From positions 1-35,485 of the IMG/VR virus record IMGVR_UViG_3300033407_000075: DNA of 35,485 nucleotides; one strand, given 5' to 3'. Below are positions 1 to 9,924 of this stretch, in pieces. The DNA comes from a virus. Taxonomy: Duplodnaviria > Caudoviricetes. The number at the start of each line of letters is the position of its first letter. Position 1 is the first letter of the stretch. The position numbers and the translations under genes are program-made. The notes beneath the pieces were generated by a model that did not search any database, had not been told where the DNA came from, and worked only from the letters and a program-made list of their open reading frames with translations.

Positions 1-135
1 CCCGGAGGCGTGGATTACCGCGTGACGATTGTAAGCGACGGCGTCCCCCCGCCGACCGCGAGGGACCTACTGACGGCTGGAGCCCTGGACGCAGATGCGT
101 GGGGCAGGGGCCTGCTACAAGCCGTGGAGGCATAG
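1..135 (+). CDS. 3' end of upstream gene (partial, product unknown)
   Basis: Frame 1 is open from the window edge to TAG at 133-135, immediately followed by the portal ATG. Confidence 0.4.
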   Translation, partial: PGGVDYRVTIVSDGVPPPTARDLLTAGALDADAWGRGLLQAVEA

Positions 136-1920
136 ATGCCATCCAACTACCGCGCCGCCAAGCCCGAGCCCAAGACCTACGAGCAGGTCGTGCGGCGGGT
201 CAACTATCTGAGCAACCTCAACCAGCCGTACCAGACCCAGCGCAGCCGCATACGCGCACTGATGAACGGCGGTCAGTCGGCGCTCAACGTGCTGTTGAAG
301 GATCTGCCCACCAACGAGGACACGCTGCCCGCGGCCAACCTCATCAAGTCGGGCGTCGAGCGGTTCTCCGAGATGATCGCGTTCCCGCCCGAGCTGAAGA
401 TCGACCCGCCCGGCGCGTCAGACAAGGACAAGGCCCAGCGCACGGCCGAGAAGCGCGAGCGGATCGTCACCTACTACGACGAGCAGTGCAACCTCGAAGC
501 CCAACTGGAGCAGGGCTCGCTCTGGTTGCCCGGCTACGGGTTCTTCGCGTGGAAGGTCTGCGAGGGCATCGACTCGTCCGGCTACCGCTACCCGAAGGCC
601 GAACTCCGCGACCCGTTCTCCACCTGGCCCGCCGAGTGGGGTGTGGACCAGCAGCCCCAGGACATCGCCTTCCAGCGGTTCGTCCAGCCCGAGACGCTCG
701 CTGAGACCTACCCGCACGTCGCGTCCGCGCTCCGCTCTGGTCGCAACGGATCGAAGCGACTGCCGGGCGGGGCCGTGGATCTGACCACCTTCTCGCACAG
801 CAACGCGCAGCCCGGATGGGACGGCGTAACGGGTGGCGTCGAAGTCGTCGAGTACGTGGACGGCTGGGGCACCTACCTCGTGTCCTCGGCGGTCGGCGGC
901 TTCATCGACGTCTACGACCACCCTCTGTCGCGGACCCCGTTCGAGGTGCCGCGCCGCACCACATTCGACAGCCTGCACGGCCAGTTCGACGACGTGATTG
1001 GGCTCGCCTCGACGATGGCGAAGCTGACCCTGCTCACTCAGATCATCATGGAGGACGCGGCTTTCGCCCCGGTCGTGGTCAACGGGCGGATGGACGGCCC
1101 GTTCGTCAAGGGGCGCGATGCCGTCAACTACATCGAAGGCGGTGACGCGAAGTACCTGTACCAGAACATCCCCTACCAGATGTTCTCCGAAATCGACAGG
1201 ATCGAAGGCCACCTGCGGGCCTCGACCGGGTACTCGAAGCAGGCCGACGGCGAGTCTCCGATCTCGTTCGTCACCGGGCAGGGGCTGGAGGAACTCGGCT
1301 CGTCGTTGGCGCGGCAGACCGAGCGCGCACAGTCGGTACTTCGCAGGTCGCTGGAGCGGGTGGACGCAATCCGGCTGGAGTGGGACTACAAGGCGTACGG
1401 CAACGAGCGCAAGCCGATGGAGGGCAACCGCAAGGGTGCCACCTACTCGGAGGAGTACGAGCCCGGCAAGGACATCGACGGCCACTTCCGCACGCGCCGG
1501 GTCTACGGGCTCATGGCGGGCATGGACGAGGCCCGCAAGACGGTTGGCCTGCTCCAGTTGCTCGCGGGTGGCGTCATCGACGTCGGCACCGTGCAGGAGC
1601 AGTTGCGCGGCATCGACAACGCCCCGAAGGTGCGCGACCGGATCATCGCCAAGCGCGCCGAGGACACGCTGTTCGAGGCGCTGACGGCGATGGCCGGACA
1701 GGGCGACCCGACGATGGCGCGGGCTTTGCTCGAAGTCCGCTCCAACCCGGAGAAGCTGCCCGACATCCTGGCTGAAGTGTTCCAGCCGGAGGAGCCGGAG
1801 GAGCCCGCGATGCAGGCCCCGGCATCACCCGAGGACGAGTTCTCTCAGGTGCTCACTCGTCTGACGTCGGGTGGCGAAGTGCAGGGCGGCGCTCAGACCG
1901 TTCAGAGGGTTGGGGCGTGA
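136..1920 (+). CDS. Portal (head-tail connector) protein
   Basis: 594 aa, first gene of the structural arm, strong GC3 bias, acidic/Pro-rich C-tail. Size, position and layout fit podovirus portals. Confidence 0.78.
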   Translation: MPSNYRAAKPEPKTYEQVVRRVNYLSNLNQPYQTQRSRIRALMNGGQSALNVLLKDLPTNEDTLPAANLIKSGVERFSEMIAFPPELKIDPPGASDKDKAQRTAEKRERIVTYYDEQCNLEAQLEQGSLWLPGYGFFAWKVCEGIDSSGYRYPKAELRDPFSTWPAEWGVDQQPQDIAFQRFVQPETLAETYPHVASALRSGRNGSKRLPGGAVDLTTFSHSNAQPGWDGVTGGVEVVEYVDGWGTYLVSSAVGGFIDVYDHPLSRTPFEVPRRTTFDSLHGQFDDVIGLASTMAKLTLLTQIIMEDAAFAPVVVNGRMDGPFVKGRDAVNYIEGGDAKYLYQNIPYQMFSEIDRIEGHLRASTGYSKQADGESPISFVTGQGLEELGSSLARQTERAQSVLRRSLERVDAIRLEWDYKAYGNERKPMEGNRKGATYSEEYEPGKDIDGHFRTRRVYGLMAGMDEARKTVGLLQLLAGGVIDVGTVQEQLRGIDNAPKVRDRIIAKRAEDTLFEALTAMAGQGDPTMARALLEVRSNPEKLPDILAEVFQPEEPEEPAMQAPASPEDEFSQVLTRLTSGGEVQGGAQTVQRVGA

Positions 1921-2114
1921 CCATGCACCATCGCGTCAAGATCAGCCAACTCACCCAGCCGACGATGCCGGACCCCAACACGACGGCCAGGTCGAAGCTG
2001 AGCACCCCGAACACGACCCCGGCCATGCACGCCAGCCACAGCGGTCCGACGAACACGCCAACCAGCCACCGCACGGTCACACCGATCTCAGGAGGCACTC
2101 ATGGCACGAGGTAG
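1917..2114 (+). CDS. Small hypothetical protein (Pro/Thr-rich)
   Basis: GTGA overlap with the portal stop, fills the gap to the next gene, PNTT motif repeated. Start could be ATG 1923. Confidence 0.4.
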   Translation: MTMHHRVKISQLTQPTMPDPNTTARSKLSTPNTTPAMHASHSGPTNTPTSHRTVTPISGGTHGTR

Positions 2115-2508
2115 GGGAGGGTATCGCAAGCCATCCAACCCGGCTCCCGCTTCCGGGCCGGGCGCGCTGTCCCGGCGCACCGACGGCGGTCCCGGTCAGC
2201 CGATCCGTGTGGCACCGGGCGGCGACTACGGCGATCGCCAGGCGCTCGTCGGGCAACAGCAGGCCGCGCCCCTCGCCTCTGCGGGTCGGGGGCAGCCGGC
2301 CGCCCCCGGTGGCGTCTCACCGGAAGGCATCTTCGGCCCGACCGCTCATCCCGGCGAGCCGATCACCGCGGGAGTGGACACGGGGCCGGGGCCGGGCAGC
2401 AACCAGCCGATCCTTGACGACGACCCGTACCTGCTCGCCAAGGCTCTCCTGAAGGTCGCACCCTCCCCCCAACTGGAGCAGCTCGTGGCAAGGCTTTCTC
2501 GTGGCTGA
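2101..2508 (+). CDS. Hypothetical virion-associated protein (Gly/Pro-rich)
   Basis: GGAGG RBS before ATG. The N-terminus (GGYRKPSNPAPASGPGALSRRTDGGP) resembles small portal-adjacent phage proteins, from recollection only. Confidence 0.6.
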   Translation: MARGRGGYRKPSNPAPASGPGALSRRTDGGPGQPIRVAPGGDYGDRQALVGQQQAAPLASAGRGQPAAPGGVSPEGIFGPTAHPGEPITAGVDTGPGPGSNQPILDDDPYLLAKALLKVAPSPQLEQLVARLSRG

Positions 2509-5500
2509 GTCGGTGTGGATCGACCACGAGGTCGAGTTGCGCGCACTCGACGAGGCCGACCGTCGGCGCGCGTCCTACGCGGCCATGTCGACACAGATCA
2601 CGCCCGCGCAGATCGAGCAGGCGAGGGGACTGCTGTCACGTCACCCCAACCTGTCGGCAGGACTCTTGCAGGCGCTCGTGCAGGCTCAGGTTCCCGATCA
2701 GCAGGCCGACCAACTTGCCGACAAGGACGACGGCGGGTGGCTGGGGGCCATCGGCGACGTCGCCGGGGATGTCATCGACTCCGTGACTGACGGTGTGGAA
2801 TGGGGCATGTCCCGCGCCTACGAATACGGCATCAAGCCTGCCATCCGTGGTGCCGTGCTCGTGTCCGACACGCTTGCGCAGGAGGTCGTCCAGCGACCAT
2901 TGACCTCCCTCATGGCCTACACGCAGGGCGAGGCAGATTCCGTCGGTCAGGCGTACAACGAGTACGGCGACTCGGCCGGGGTGAACCTGCTGCAAGGCGA
3001 CCTCGACAACGAGGCCGAAGGTGGCTCGCTCGGCACCGGGTTCTTCCTCGGGGGACAGGCTGGCGCCGAGGCCGACGCCGAGCGCCAGTTGCAGATCAAC
3101 GGCCGACGAGCGGACATCGGACAGGCGATGGCCAACGGGCTCGTCGGTTGGTTCTCCGAGCCCGGCGAGCGCGCCTACGACATGACCGCGGGAGTATCCG
3201 GGTTCGCCGTGGACATCGGTGGCGACCCGCTCGCGTGGGCGACAGGCGGTGCGTCCAAGGCGATCAAGGGTGCCCGCGCCCTGTCGAAGACTGACGCAGT
3301 CAGGGTGCTCGGCGAGGCCGGGGCCGTGTCGGGCGCGCGCCGAAACACCGTCCTAGTCGAGAAGGCACGCGATTTCTTCGGCAATGAGAAGATGCTCGAC
3401 CGGATCGCCGAGGCTGACGCCTACACGATCATGCAGACCTGGGCACAGTCGCCCGCCAACCGCATCGACCTCCAGACGATCCGCCGACTCGGTGACGCCT
3501 CCGATCAGGCCCAGGTCGCCGAGGTGTTGTTCGATGCCGTAGCACATGGCGACGTCACACGCAAGGGCTTCTACTCGGGCACTGGTAACTTTATCAAGCG
3601 GCACTTGGTGGACTCGACCTCTCGCACGGCAGGACCCTTCCGGTACTTCACCGCCGAGGGCAAGTTGTCGGGCCTCTCGCCCCGCGGGTTCGTGTCAGCC
3701 GACGACCTCGACGACGCCGCGCTGAAGGTGGACAGCCTGCTACGCCAGGCCAACATTGAGCGCGATGTCCGGGCAGGTGTCTTCAACCGTATGGCCGCCG
3801 TCGAGCCCGGCCGCTTCGATGACCTTTTCGACGTCGTGACCGATGCGCTCGACGCGGTGGCTGTCAAGGTCGGGGGAGCCGCCGACACGAGCATCAACGA
3901 CGTGGCCAAGGCATACCGAGCACAACTCAACGACCTGCGCCAGTACGGGATCGACTCGTGGGGCGGCGCCGTGGACGTGCCCTACGCGAAGAAGAAGATC
4001 GTTCAGAACTTCGACGGTACGGTCGAAGAAGTGATCGTTCCGACGCCGCAGATCACGTCCGAGTTGAACGGGCTGGCGCTGCACCTGCCGGACGTGACCG
4101 AGATCCGTCGCGCCGCCACCGACACGGCCCTGCTCCGCTCGGTCTACACGAGCAAGGGGTGGGACTTCGGGGCGTCGGCACTCAAGTCGCTGACCCACAA
4201 CCTGTTCAAGCCGCTGGCAATCCTGCGCCCCGCCTACGTGGTGCGCATCGGCGCCGAGGAGCAGGCACGGCTCGTGGCCGAGGGGTTCGACTCCATCTGG
4301 AACCACCCGTTCCGGTTCATTCAGGCCAACATCCGCAACCGCGACGAGTTGAAGGATCTGCTCGGCAACGACCTCATGGACGCGGCTCGCGTGCGAGACG
4401 TCATCACCAAGGACGCGCATGGTGTCCTGGCCGACACCGCCGCGTCTCGCGGCAGGATCTTTACCGTGGCCCGTTGGGTGGAGGGCGAGGAACTCTCCGA
4501 GCAGTTCGTCAAGGGCTGGCGGGGCGAGTTGGGGCAACTGTCTGCCGCACCCGAGGCGCGCAAGCTCGCTGAGTTGCGCGGCAACATTGACGAGTTCAAG
4601 ACGTGGGCACAGGCCGAGGGCCGCGAGCACATCGAGCGTCTCGCCAAGGTCAATGACGACGCTGCCGACCTGCTCAACTTCGGCTCGGGGTTCGATGAGT
4701 GGGCGGGCGGACTGAGCCGTCGGCTCGAAGCGAAGACGGCGGGGTGGGACGAGGACATCCTGCGTCGGATCGTGGACGGCGACCTCCCCTCGGGGTTGCC
4801 CAACCAGGACAAGACCGCCAACGCGGCGTTCGCCAACTTCCTGCGAGGCAAGGCGCGAGCAGGTCGAGCCCCGGCAGCGGTCAAGGCTGAGTTGGTGGAG
4901 GAGGGCCGGGTCCGGCACCTCGACAGTGCCGTGGACTGGTTGTTCGACCACATCACCGGCAAGCCGACCTCCTACCTTGCTCGCTACCCGGCGTTCCGTC
5001 AGTCGATGTTGCGCCGCACCGCAGACCTCATGGACTCGCTCGCCGACGACGCCCTGCGCGAGCAGGCGTTCGCCTCGGCCGTGGCCAACCTCGGCGCCGA
5101 CGTCGGCGGGGTCGTTCGTGAAACCCCGCAACTCCGTCAACTGCGGAAGGCCCTCGATAGCGCGAAGGGCAAGCCCGGTGGTCCGATCAACTCACTCAAA
5201 GAACTGAACACCGTCGTCAAGCACAAGTCCGCTCAGGACGTGAAGGATCTGCTGTTCGACGTGACCTCACGGGGCGCCGCGCAGGAGGCCCTCGAAGTGG
5301 TCGTGCCCTTCCTCGACGCTTGGAAGGAAGTCACCCGGACGTGGATGCGACTCATGAAGGAGAACCCGTCTTTCTTCGTGCGCGCGCAGGCCGGCTACCG
5401 CGAGTTGCAGGACCAGGGCATCTTCCACGTCAACGAGTTCGGCGACGAAGTCTTCAAGATGCCGGGCGGGCAGTACCTAGCGTCCTTCGTGAATCGGCTG

Positions 5501-6847
5501 AACGACTCTGGCGGCGAGTTGACGGACATCCCCGGCGCCGCGCTCGGTGCGCTGGCCGACACCGTGACGGGCAACAGGCCGTCGAACACCGTCGAGCTTG
5601 AAGGCCGGGTGCAGGGCGTCAACCTCGTGGCGCAGGGCATCGGACCTGGGTTTGGACCTGTGATTCAGTGGGGGGCGGGCGTGCTACCCAAGGCCCCCGA
5701 CTTGGATGGCGTCCGAGACTTCCTCGCGCCGTTCGGTACGGGACTGTCCGAGCCCGGCGACCTCACCGACCCTGGGGTCCTGTCGAAGACGCTCTTGCCC
5801 GCGTGGTTCCGTAAGGGACTTAACGCCTTCCGCGAGGGTGCCATTGACGAGCGCCAGTGGAACTCCACGTTCGGGGATGCCATGAAGGCGCTGGTCGCCT
5901 CGGGCGAGGTCGACCCCAACGACCCCGACCTCGCAGAGAAGGCCGAGCGGTACGCGAAGTGGCTGCTCCTCACCCGCTCTATCGGTCAGTTCGCGGGACC
6001 CACTGGACCGCAGGCCGACGTCAAGGCCCGGCTGGACGCCAACACGTCCCACGAGGATTGGAACCCAGAGATAGACCCTTCGGGGCACTACTTCTCGGTG
6101 GGTGTTCTCCAGCAGGACTACTACCGGCTCCTCAACACCTTCGGACCCGAGGAGGCGTCGGTCAAGTTCTACGAGTTGTACGGCGCCGAGCCCTACTTCA
6201 TCGCGCAGGCCAAGACCCGCTCCACCCGCGAGTTGCCCGTAACCACCGAGGGCGACCAGTGGATGCGCCTGAACGAATCGTTCGTGGGCGACCACCCGGT
6301 CGTCGCCGGGTACTTCGCCCCAACGGGCGAGGATGCGGACCTCGACTTCGGTGTCTACGCCGGCCAGATCGAGCGCGGCGAACGCCAGTCGCTGACCCCC
6401 GCGCAGCAGGTGGCGATGGCACAGCAGGTCCGAGCCCGCGCCATCTACAACAACGTGAAGCAGAAGGTCGAAGGAATGCCCACCGCGCAGAAGGAACGGG
6501 TGCTCCAGTTGACCAAGGCCCGGCTGGAGGAAATCCACCCAGGGTGGGAGGTCCCCGTGTTGGGTGTCACGCAGGGCGTGCGCCTACCCGAGAAGATCAG
6601 CGAGTTGCAGCGTGCCGTGCAGGACGAGCGGATGCAGGACAACCCGCTCGTCGAGCCTATGGCCGTCTACTTCCGGCTGCGCGACCTCGCCATACGGGAG
6701 GCCGCCCGTCAGGGACTGAAGACGCTGTCCTCCGACAAGGTTGCCCACCTGCGCGCCGCGCTCAGCCAGGCTGGCGAGACGATCCAACAGAGGTACCCGT
6801 CCTTCGTGGGCGTCTGGTCCTCCGTCCTGTCCCGAGAGGTTGAATGA
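2501..6847 (+). CDS. Large virion protein, probable internal virion/DNA ejection protein
   Basis: 1448 aa, helical composition, coupled to neighbours, next to a transglycosylase gene. Function inferred from size and context. Confidence 0.65.
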   Translation: MAESVWIDHEVELRALDEADRRRASYAAMSTQITPAQIEQARGLLSRHPNLSAGLLQALVQAQVPDQQADQLADKDDGGWLGAIGDVAGDVIDSVTDGVEWGMSRAYEYGIKPAIRGAVLVSDTLAQEVVQRPLTSLMAYTQGEADSVGQAYNEYGDSAGVNLLQGDLDNEAEGGSLGTGFFLGGQAGAEADAERQLQINGRRADIGQAMANGLVGWFSEPGERAYDMTAGVSGFAVDIGGDPLAWATGGASKAIKGARALSKTDAVRVLGEAGAVSGARRNTVLVEKARDFFGNEKMLDRIAEADAYTIMQTWAQSPANRIDLQTIRRLGDASDQAQVAEVLFDAVAHGDVTRKGFYSGTGNFIKRHLVDSTSRTAGPFRYFTAEGKLSGLSPRGFVSADDLDDAALKVDSLLRQANIERDVRAGVFNRMAAVEPGRFDDLFDVVTDALDAVAVKVGGAADTSINDVAKAYRAQLNDLRQYGIDSWGGAVDVPYAKKKIVQNFDGTVEEVIVPTPQITSELNGLALHLPDVTEIRRAATDTALLRSVYTSKGWDFGASALKSLTHNLFKPLAILRPAYVVRIGAEEQARLVAEGFDSIWNHPFRFIQANIRNRDELKDLLGNDLMDAARVRDVITKDAHGVLADTAASRGRIFTVARWVEGEELSEQFVKGWRGELGQLSAAPEARKLAELRGNIDEFKTWAQAEGREHIERLAKVNDDAADLLNFGSGFDEWAGGLSRRLEAKTAGWDEDILRRIVDGDLPSGLPNQDKTANAAFANFLRGKARAGRAPAAVKAELVEEGRVRHLDSAVDWLFDHITGKPTSYLARYPAFRQSMLRRTADLMDSLADDALREQAFASAVANLGADVGGVVRETPQLRQLRKALDSAKGKPGGPINSLKELNTVVKHKSAQDVKDLLFDVTSRGAAQEALEVVVPFLDAWKEVTRTWMRLMKENPSFFVRAQAGYRELQDQGIFHVNEFGDEVFKMPGGQYLASFVNRLNDSGGELTDIPGAALGALADTVTGNRPSNTVELEGRVQGVNLVAQGIGPGFGPVIQWGAGVLPKAPDLDGVRDFLAPFGTGLSEPGDLTDPGVLSKTLLPAWFRKGLNAFREGAIDERQWNSTFGDAMKALVASGEVDPNDPDLAEKAERYAKWLLLTRSIGQFAGPTGPQADVKARLDANTSHEDWNPEIDPSGHYFSVGVLQQDYYRLLNTFGPEEASVKFYELYGAEPYFIAQAKTRSTRELPVTTEGDQWMRLNESFVGDHPVVAGYFAPTGEDADLDFGVYAGQIERGERQSLTPAQQVAMAQQVRARAIYNNVKQKVEGMPTAQKERVLQLTKARLEEIHPGWEVPVLGVTQGVRLPEKISELQRAVQDERMQDNPLVEPMAVYFRLRDLAIREAARQGLKTLSSDKVAHLRAALSQAGETIQQRYPSFVGVWSSVLSREVE

Positions 6848-7638
6848 TGTCAAGCGACCAACCACCCCCAGAGGACGACTTCCTCTCCCAACTTGAAGCC
6901 GCATTCGGTGCTGGCATTGCGGGCGGGGGACTGGCGACCGGCGTCATCGGTGGAATCTGGCAGGAGGGCGACCCGCTGCGCCCGCCGAACTCCATGGAGA
7001 TCCTTGAGCCCTACTTCGAGGGCGATGACTTCTCTGTTCTGTCCAGCATGAACACTGAACAACTGGCCCGGTTCCAAGATGTAGCCGTGAGCATGGGGCT
7101 CGTGCGCGAGGTCATCCCCGGACGGATGGACGACAACACCCTCAAGGCGATGGGCTCACTCATGGCGCTCGGCAACCGTCAGCGCGTCCCGTGGCAGAAC
7201 GTGCTCGACGGCATCATGAAGTCCGGTGGACTTGACGGCAGCGGCGGCGCGGAGTCCTTCGACGCCCCGACCTACATGGCGCCCGACTACGCCACGCTCG
7301 CGCAGGAAGTCAAGGCGACCTTCCGCAAGCGCCTCGGCCGCGACCCTGACGAGTCCGAGATGGCCAACCTCGTCGGCGAGTTGCAGGGCTGGGACCGAGC
7401 GTCCTACGAGGCTCAGGTCGAAGGCGCGGAGGCCAACTTCGGGGCGCAGCAGCAGGCCGGCTCGCAGGGCGGCGGCACCGTCCGGCAGGTCGACCCGCTC
7501 GCCCGGTTCCAAGAGGTTTTCGAGTCGAAGTACGCGAACGAGCTGGACTTCGTGGAGGACAAGCAGACGGCCCAGGAGTCCCGAGCGGCCGTGCAGTCGG
7601 CCACCCAGACCTTGTCTCAGATGAGCGGAGGGTCCTGA
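6844..7638 (+). CDS. Probable internal virion protein with possible peptidoglycan-binding-like segment
   Basis: ATGA overlap, 264 aa. LARFQ..AVSMGL....PGRMDDNTLKA resembles a PG_binding_1 motif. Confidence 0.55.
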   Translation: MMSSDQPPPEDDFLSQLEAAFGAGIAGGGLATGVIGGIWQEGDPLRPPNSMEILEPYFEGDDFSVLSSMNTEQLARFQDVAVSMGLVREVIPGRMDDNTLKAMGSLMALGNRQRVPWQNVLDGIMKSGGLDGSGGAESFDAPTYMAPDYATLAQEVKATFRKRLGRDPDESEMANLVGELQGWDRASYEAQVEGAEANFGAQQQAGSQGGGTVRQVDPLARFQEVFESKYANELDFVEDKQTAQESRAAVQSATQTLSQMSGGS

Positions 7639-7639
7639 C

Positions 7640-8275
7640 ATGCCCATCGAAGAACTCTCACAGTTCATGAACGCCATCGGGACCATCGAGTCCACGAACA
7701 ACTACAACGCCGTCGGCCCCGAGACGGCGAACTACGGGCGCGCGCAGGGTCGCTACCAGATTATGGAGGCGTTCTATCCCTCGTGGGCCAAGGAGGCGGG
7801 GGTCAACCCCAACGACCTGTCGCCCGAGGCGCAGGACAAGGTGGCCACCCACAAGATGTCCCAGTATTACCGCCGCTACGGACGGTGGGACCTCGTGGCG
7901 GTCGCATGGTTCGCAGGCCCCGGCCGCGCGGACAAGGCCGCCAAGCGGGGCATCGAGTCCGTCGGCGGGCTGAAGGACATCATCGGCACATCCGTCGCCA
8001 AGTACGTACAGAAGGCCATGAAGGTGATGGGCACCTCACCTCAGGAGCCGCTCACCCCAAGGGCCGAGCCCGGAACGCCCGACGGAGGCCAGCCCGCTCC
8101 GCAGACCACAACCCCCGAGGCGACCCCCGAGCAGGAGTTCGTCATGGACTCACGGCGCCAGCAGGAGGTCATGGCTCAGATCATGTCCTCGATCTCCAAG
8201 GCTGCCTCCCAGTCTGGCGGCAAGGTGCTCGATACCAAGGCCCTGTTCGGTGACATCTACGACGAGGTGGGATGA
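7640..8275 (+). CDS. Virion-associated lytic transglycosylase (lysozyme-like fold)
   Basis: IES (catalytic Glu), AQGRYQIM and VAVAWFAGPG match SLT motifs I-III. GGAGG RBS. Confidence 0.8.
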   Translation: MPIEELSQFMNAIGTIESTNNYNAVGPETANYGRAQGRYQIMEAFYPSWAKEAGVNPNDLSPEAQDKVATHKMSQYYRRYGRWDLVAVAWFAGPGRADKAAKRGIESVGGLKDIIGTSVAKYVQKAMKVMGTSPQEPLTPRAEPGTPDGGQPAPQTTTPEATPEQEFVMDSRRQQEVMAQIMSSISKAASQSGGKVLDTKALFGDIYDEVG

Positions 8276-9924
8276 TGGCAACCCGCGAAACCGAACCCGC
8301 GACCCCGCTGGAGCGTCTGATCCAGAGCCTGCGGTCGATCCTCGGCAACGAGTATTTCGGCAACGAGACATCGGTCAACCCGCAGTTGGCCACGCTGAAC
8401 CTCATCAAGATTCGCGCGCTCGGCGATTACACGCCCCAGCAGCAGGACGCGCTCGAATCCCTGTCCCGCAACGCGGGGCTGGACGTCGAGTTCTCGACCC
8501 TGTTCAAGAAGCCGTACTCGGACGTGCAGGCGCCGGGCATCGAAGACGCCTCGTTCCCTTCACTGGGGATGCGCTACAACGAGGCCCTCGACGTGATCCT
8601 CCAAGCGGACAGCCCGAGGGCCAGCGAGTTCAACTTCTACGACGACAAGAGTGCCGACATCCTGTCGCAGCAGAAGGCCCCCGCGCAGGGTGGCGACCCG
8701 ACCTCAATCGAAACTGTAGGTCCGTCGGGCACGGGCGGCGGCGGAACTACAGGTGGAGGTGGCGGTGGGGGAGGGTTCCCCGGCTCGTCCGACCTTCCTG
8801 CGGCAGGCACCGCACGTCAGGTCCCAGGTGGCTACGAGGTCTGGCGCGTCGATGGGCGTGACATCTACCTCGCCTACAAGGTGCCCGGTACCGACGTGCC
8901 GCTCGTGTGGAAGATCGAGAACCCCGACCGACTCAATGCCATCTTCGGAGGCGCCCCGCCCCCCGCGGACCAGGAGATCAGCTCGGCTGAGTTCAAGAGC
9001 CGCTCCCCGTGGCTCGGTGGGCTGTCGGCCGAGTTGCAGAACACCTCCGAGGAACCCTTCGTCCAGTTCATGTCGGACTTCAACGAGGCCGCCAAGCTTC
9101 GCCCGTGGCTGCGCGACCCGTCGATGCTTGCGGTCATGGCGGGCTCTTACCTCGAAGGGCGACCCCCGACGCAGGATGAGTTGAGTCAGACCGATTGGTG
9201 GAACGACCACACCGCCGACGAGCGCGCGTGGATGGAACGCTCCGTGACGCTCGGGCGTGACGAGATGGAACGGCTGCGCGACGACGCCTCGCGCGCCGTC
9301 GCCGAGTCGCTACGCCAGGCTGGGGTCAGCAACGCCTCGGACGACCTCGTCCGGTTCTTGGCTGAGCAGCGCCTGACCGGCAAGTGGTCGCAGACCTACA
9401 CGGCCGAGCAGATCCGCAAGTTGTCTGACCCCTTCGCGGCCGGTGAACTCGACACTGAGTTGACCAAGATCCTGAGTGGGTCCGAACTCGACACGACCCG
9501 CAAGGGCGAGGAGGAAGTGCGCCAGTTGATGACTCGCTGGCTCGGCCCCGAGATGGGCCGGTTCTCCGAGAAGAACGTCAAGGAGTGGGCGGGCAAGGTG
9601 CGCAACGACCCCGACGCGCAGACCGAACTCGTCGAGATGCTGCGCTCGCAGCGGCTCGCACTGCTGCCCAAGTACGACAACCCGAACCTGACCTACGAGG
9701 ACATCATCCAGCCGGTTCGGAACCTGGCCGCGAACGTGTGGGGCCAGCCCGTCGCCGACGAATCCCTGCTCGTGGACCTCGCCAACACGGGGGACTACAC
9801 GGTGATGGCGCAGCGACTGAGGCAGCAGGGGCTCAACACGGGCGTTCGGAAGGTCGTGCAGGATTCACTATCCGGGCTGGGCGGAACATCGCTCGGTGAG
9901 CAGGTCATAAGGAGCGCCGTCTGA
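8272..9924 (+). CDS. Probable internal virion protein
   Basis: 550 aa, ATGA overlap, Gly-rich linker between two domains. Confidence 0.6.
   Translation: MMATRETEPATPLERLIQSLRSILGNEYFGNETSVNPQLATLNLIKIRALGDYTPQQQDALESLSRNAGLDVEFSTLFKKPYSDVQAPGIEDASFPSLGMRYNEALDVILQADSPRASEFNFYDDKSADILSQQKAPAQGGDPTSIETVGPSGTGGGGTTGGGGGGGGFPGSSDLPAAGTARQVPGGYEVWRVDGRDIYLAYKVPGTDVPLVWKIENPDRLNAIFGGAPPPADQEISSAEFKSRSPWLGGLSAELQNTSEEPFVQFMSDFNEAAKLRPWLRDPSMLAVMAGSYLEGRPPTQDELSQTDWWNDHTADERAWMERSVTLGRDEMERLRDDASRAVAESLRQAGVSNASDDLVRFLAEQRLTGKWSQTYTAEQIRKLSDPFAAGELDTELTKILSGSELDTTRKGEEEVRQLMTRWLGPEMGRFSEKNVKEWAGKVRNDPDAQTELVEMLRSQRLALLPKYDNPNLTYEDIIQPVRNLAANVWGQPVADESLLVDLANTGDYTVMAQRLRQQGLNTGVRKVVQDSLSGLGGTSLGEQVIRSAV

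Noticed and set aside
418-6538. Long antisense ORFs (418-1485, 3740-5140, 5684-6538)
   Set aside because: Shadow frames expected opposite high-GC3 genes, with no recognisable motifs.
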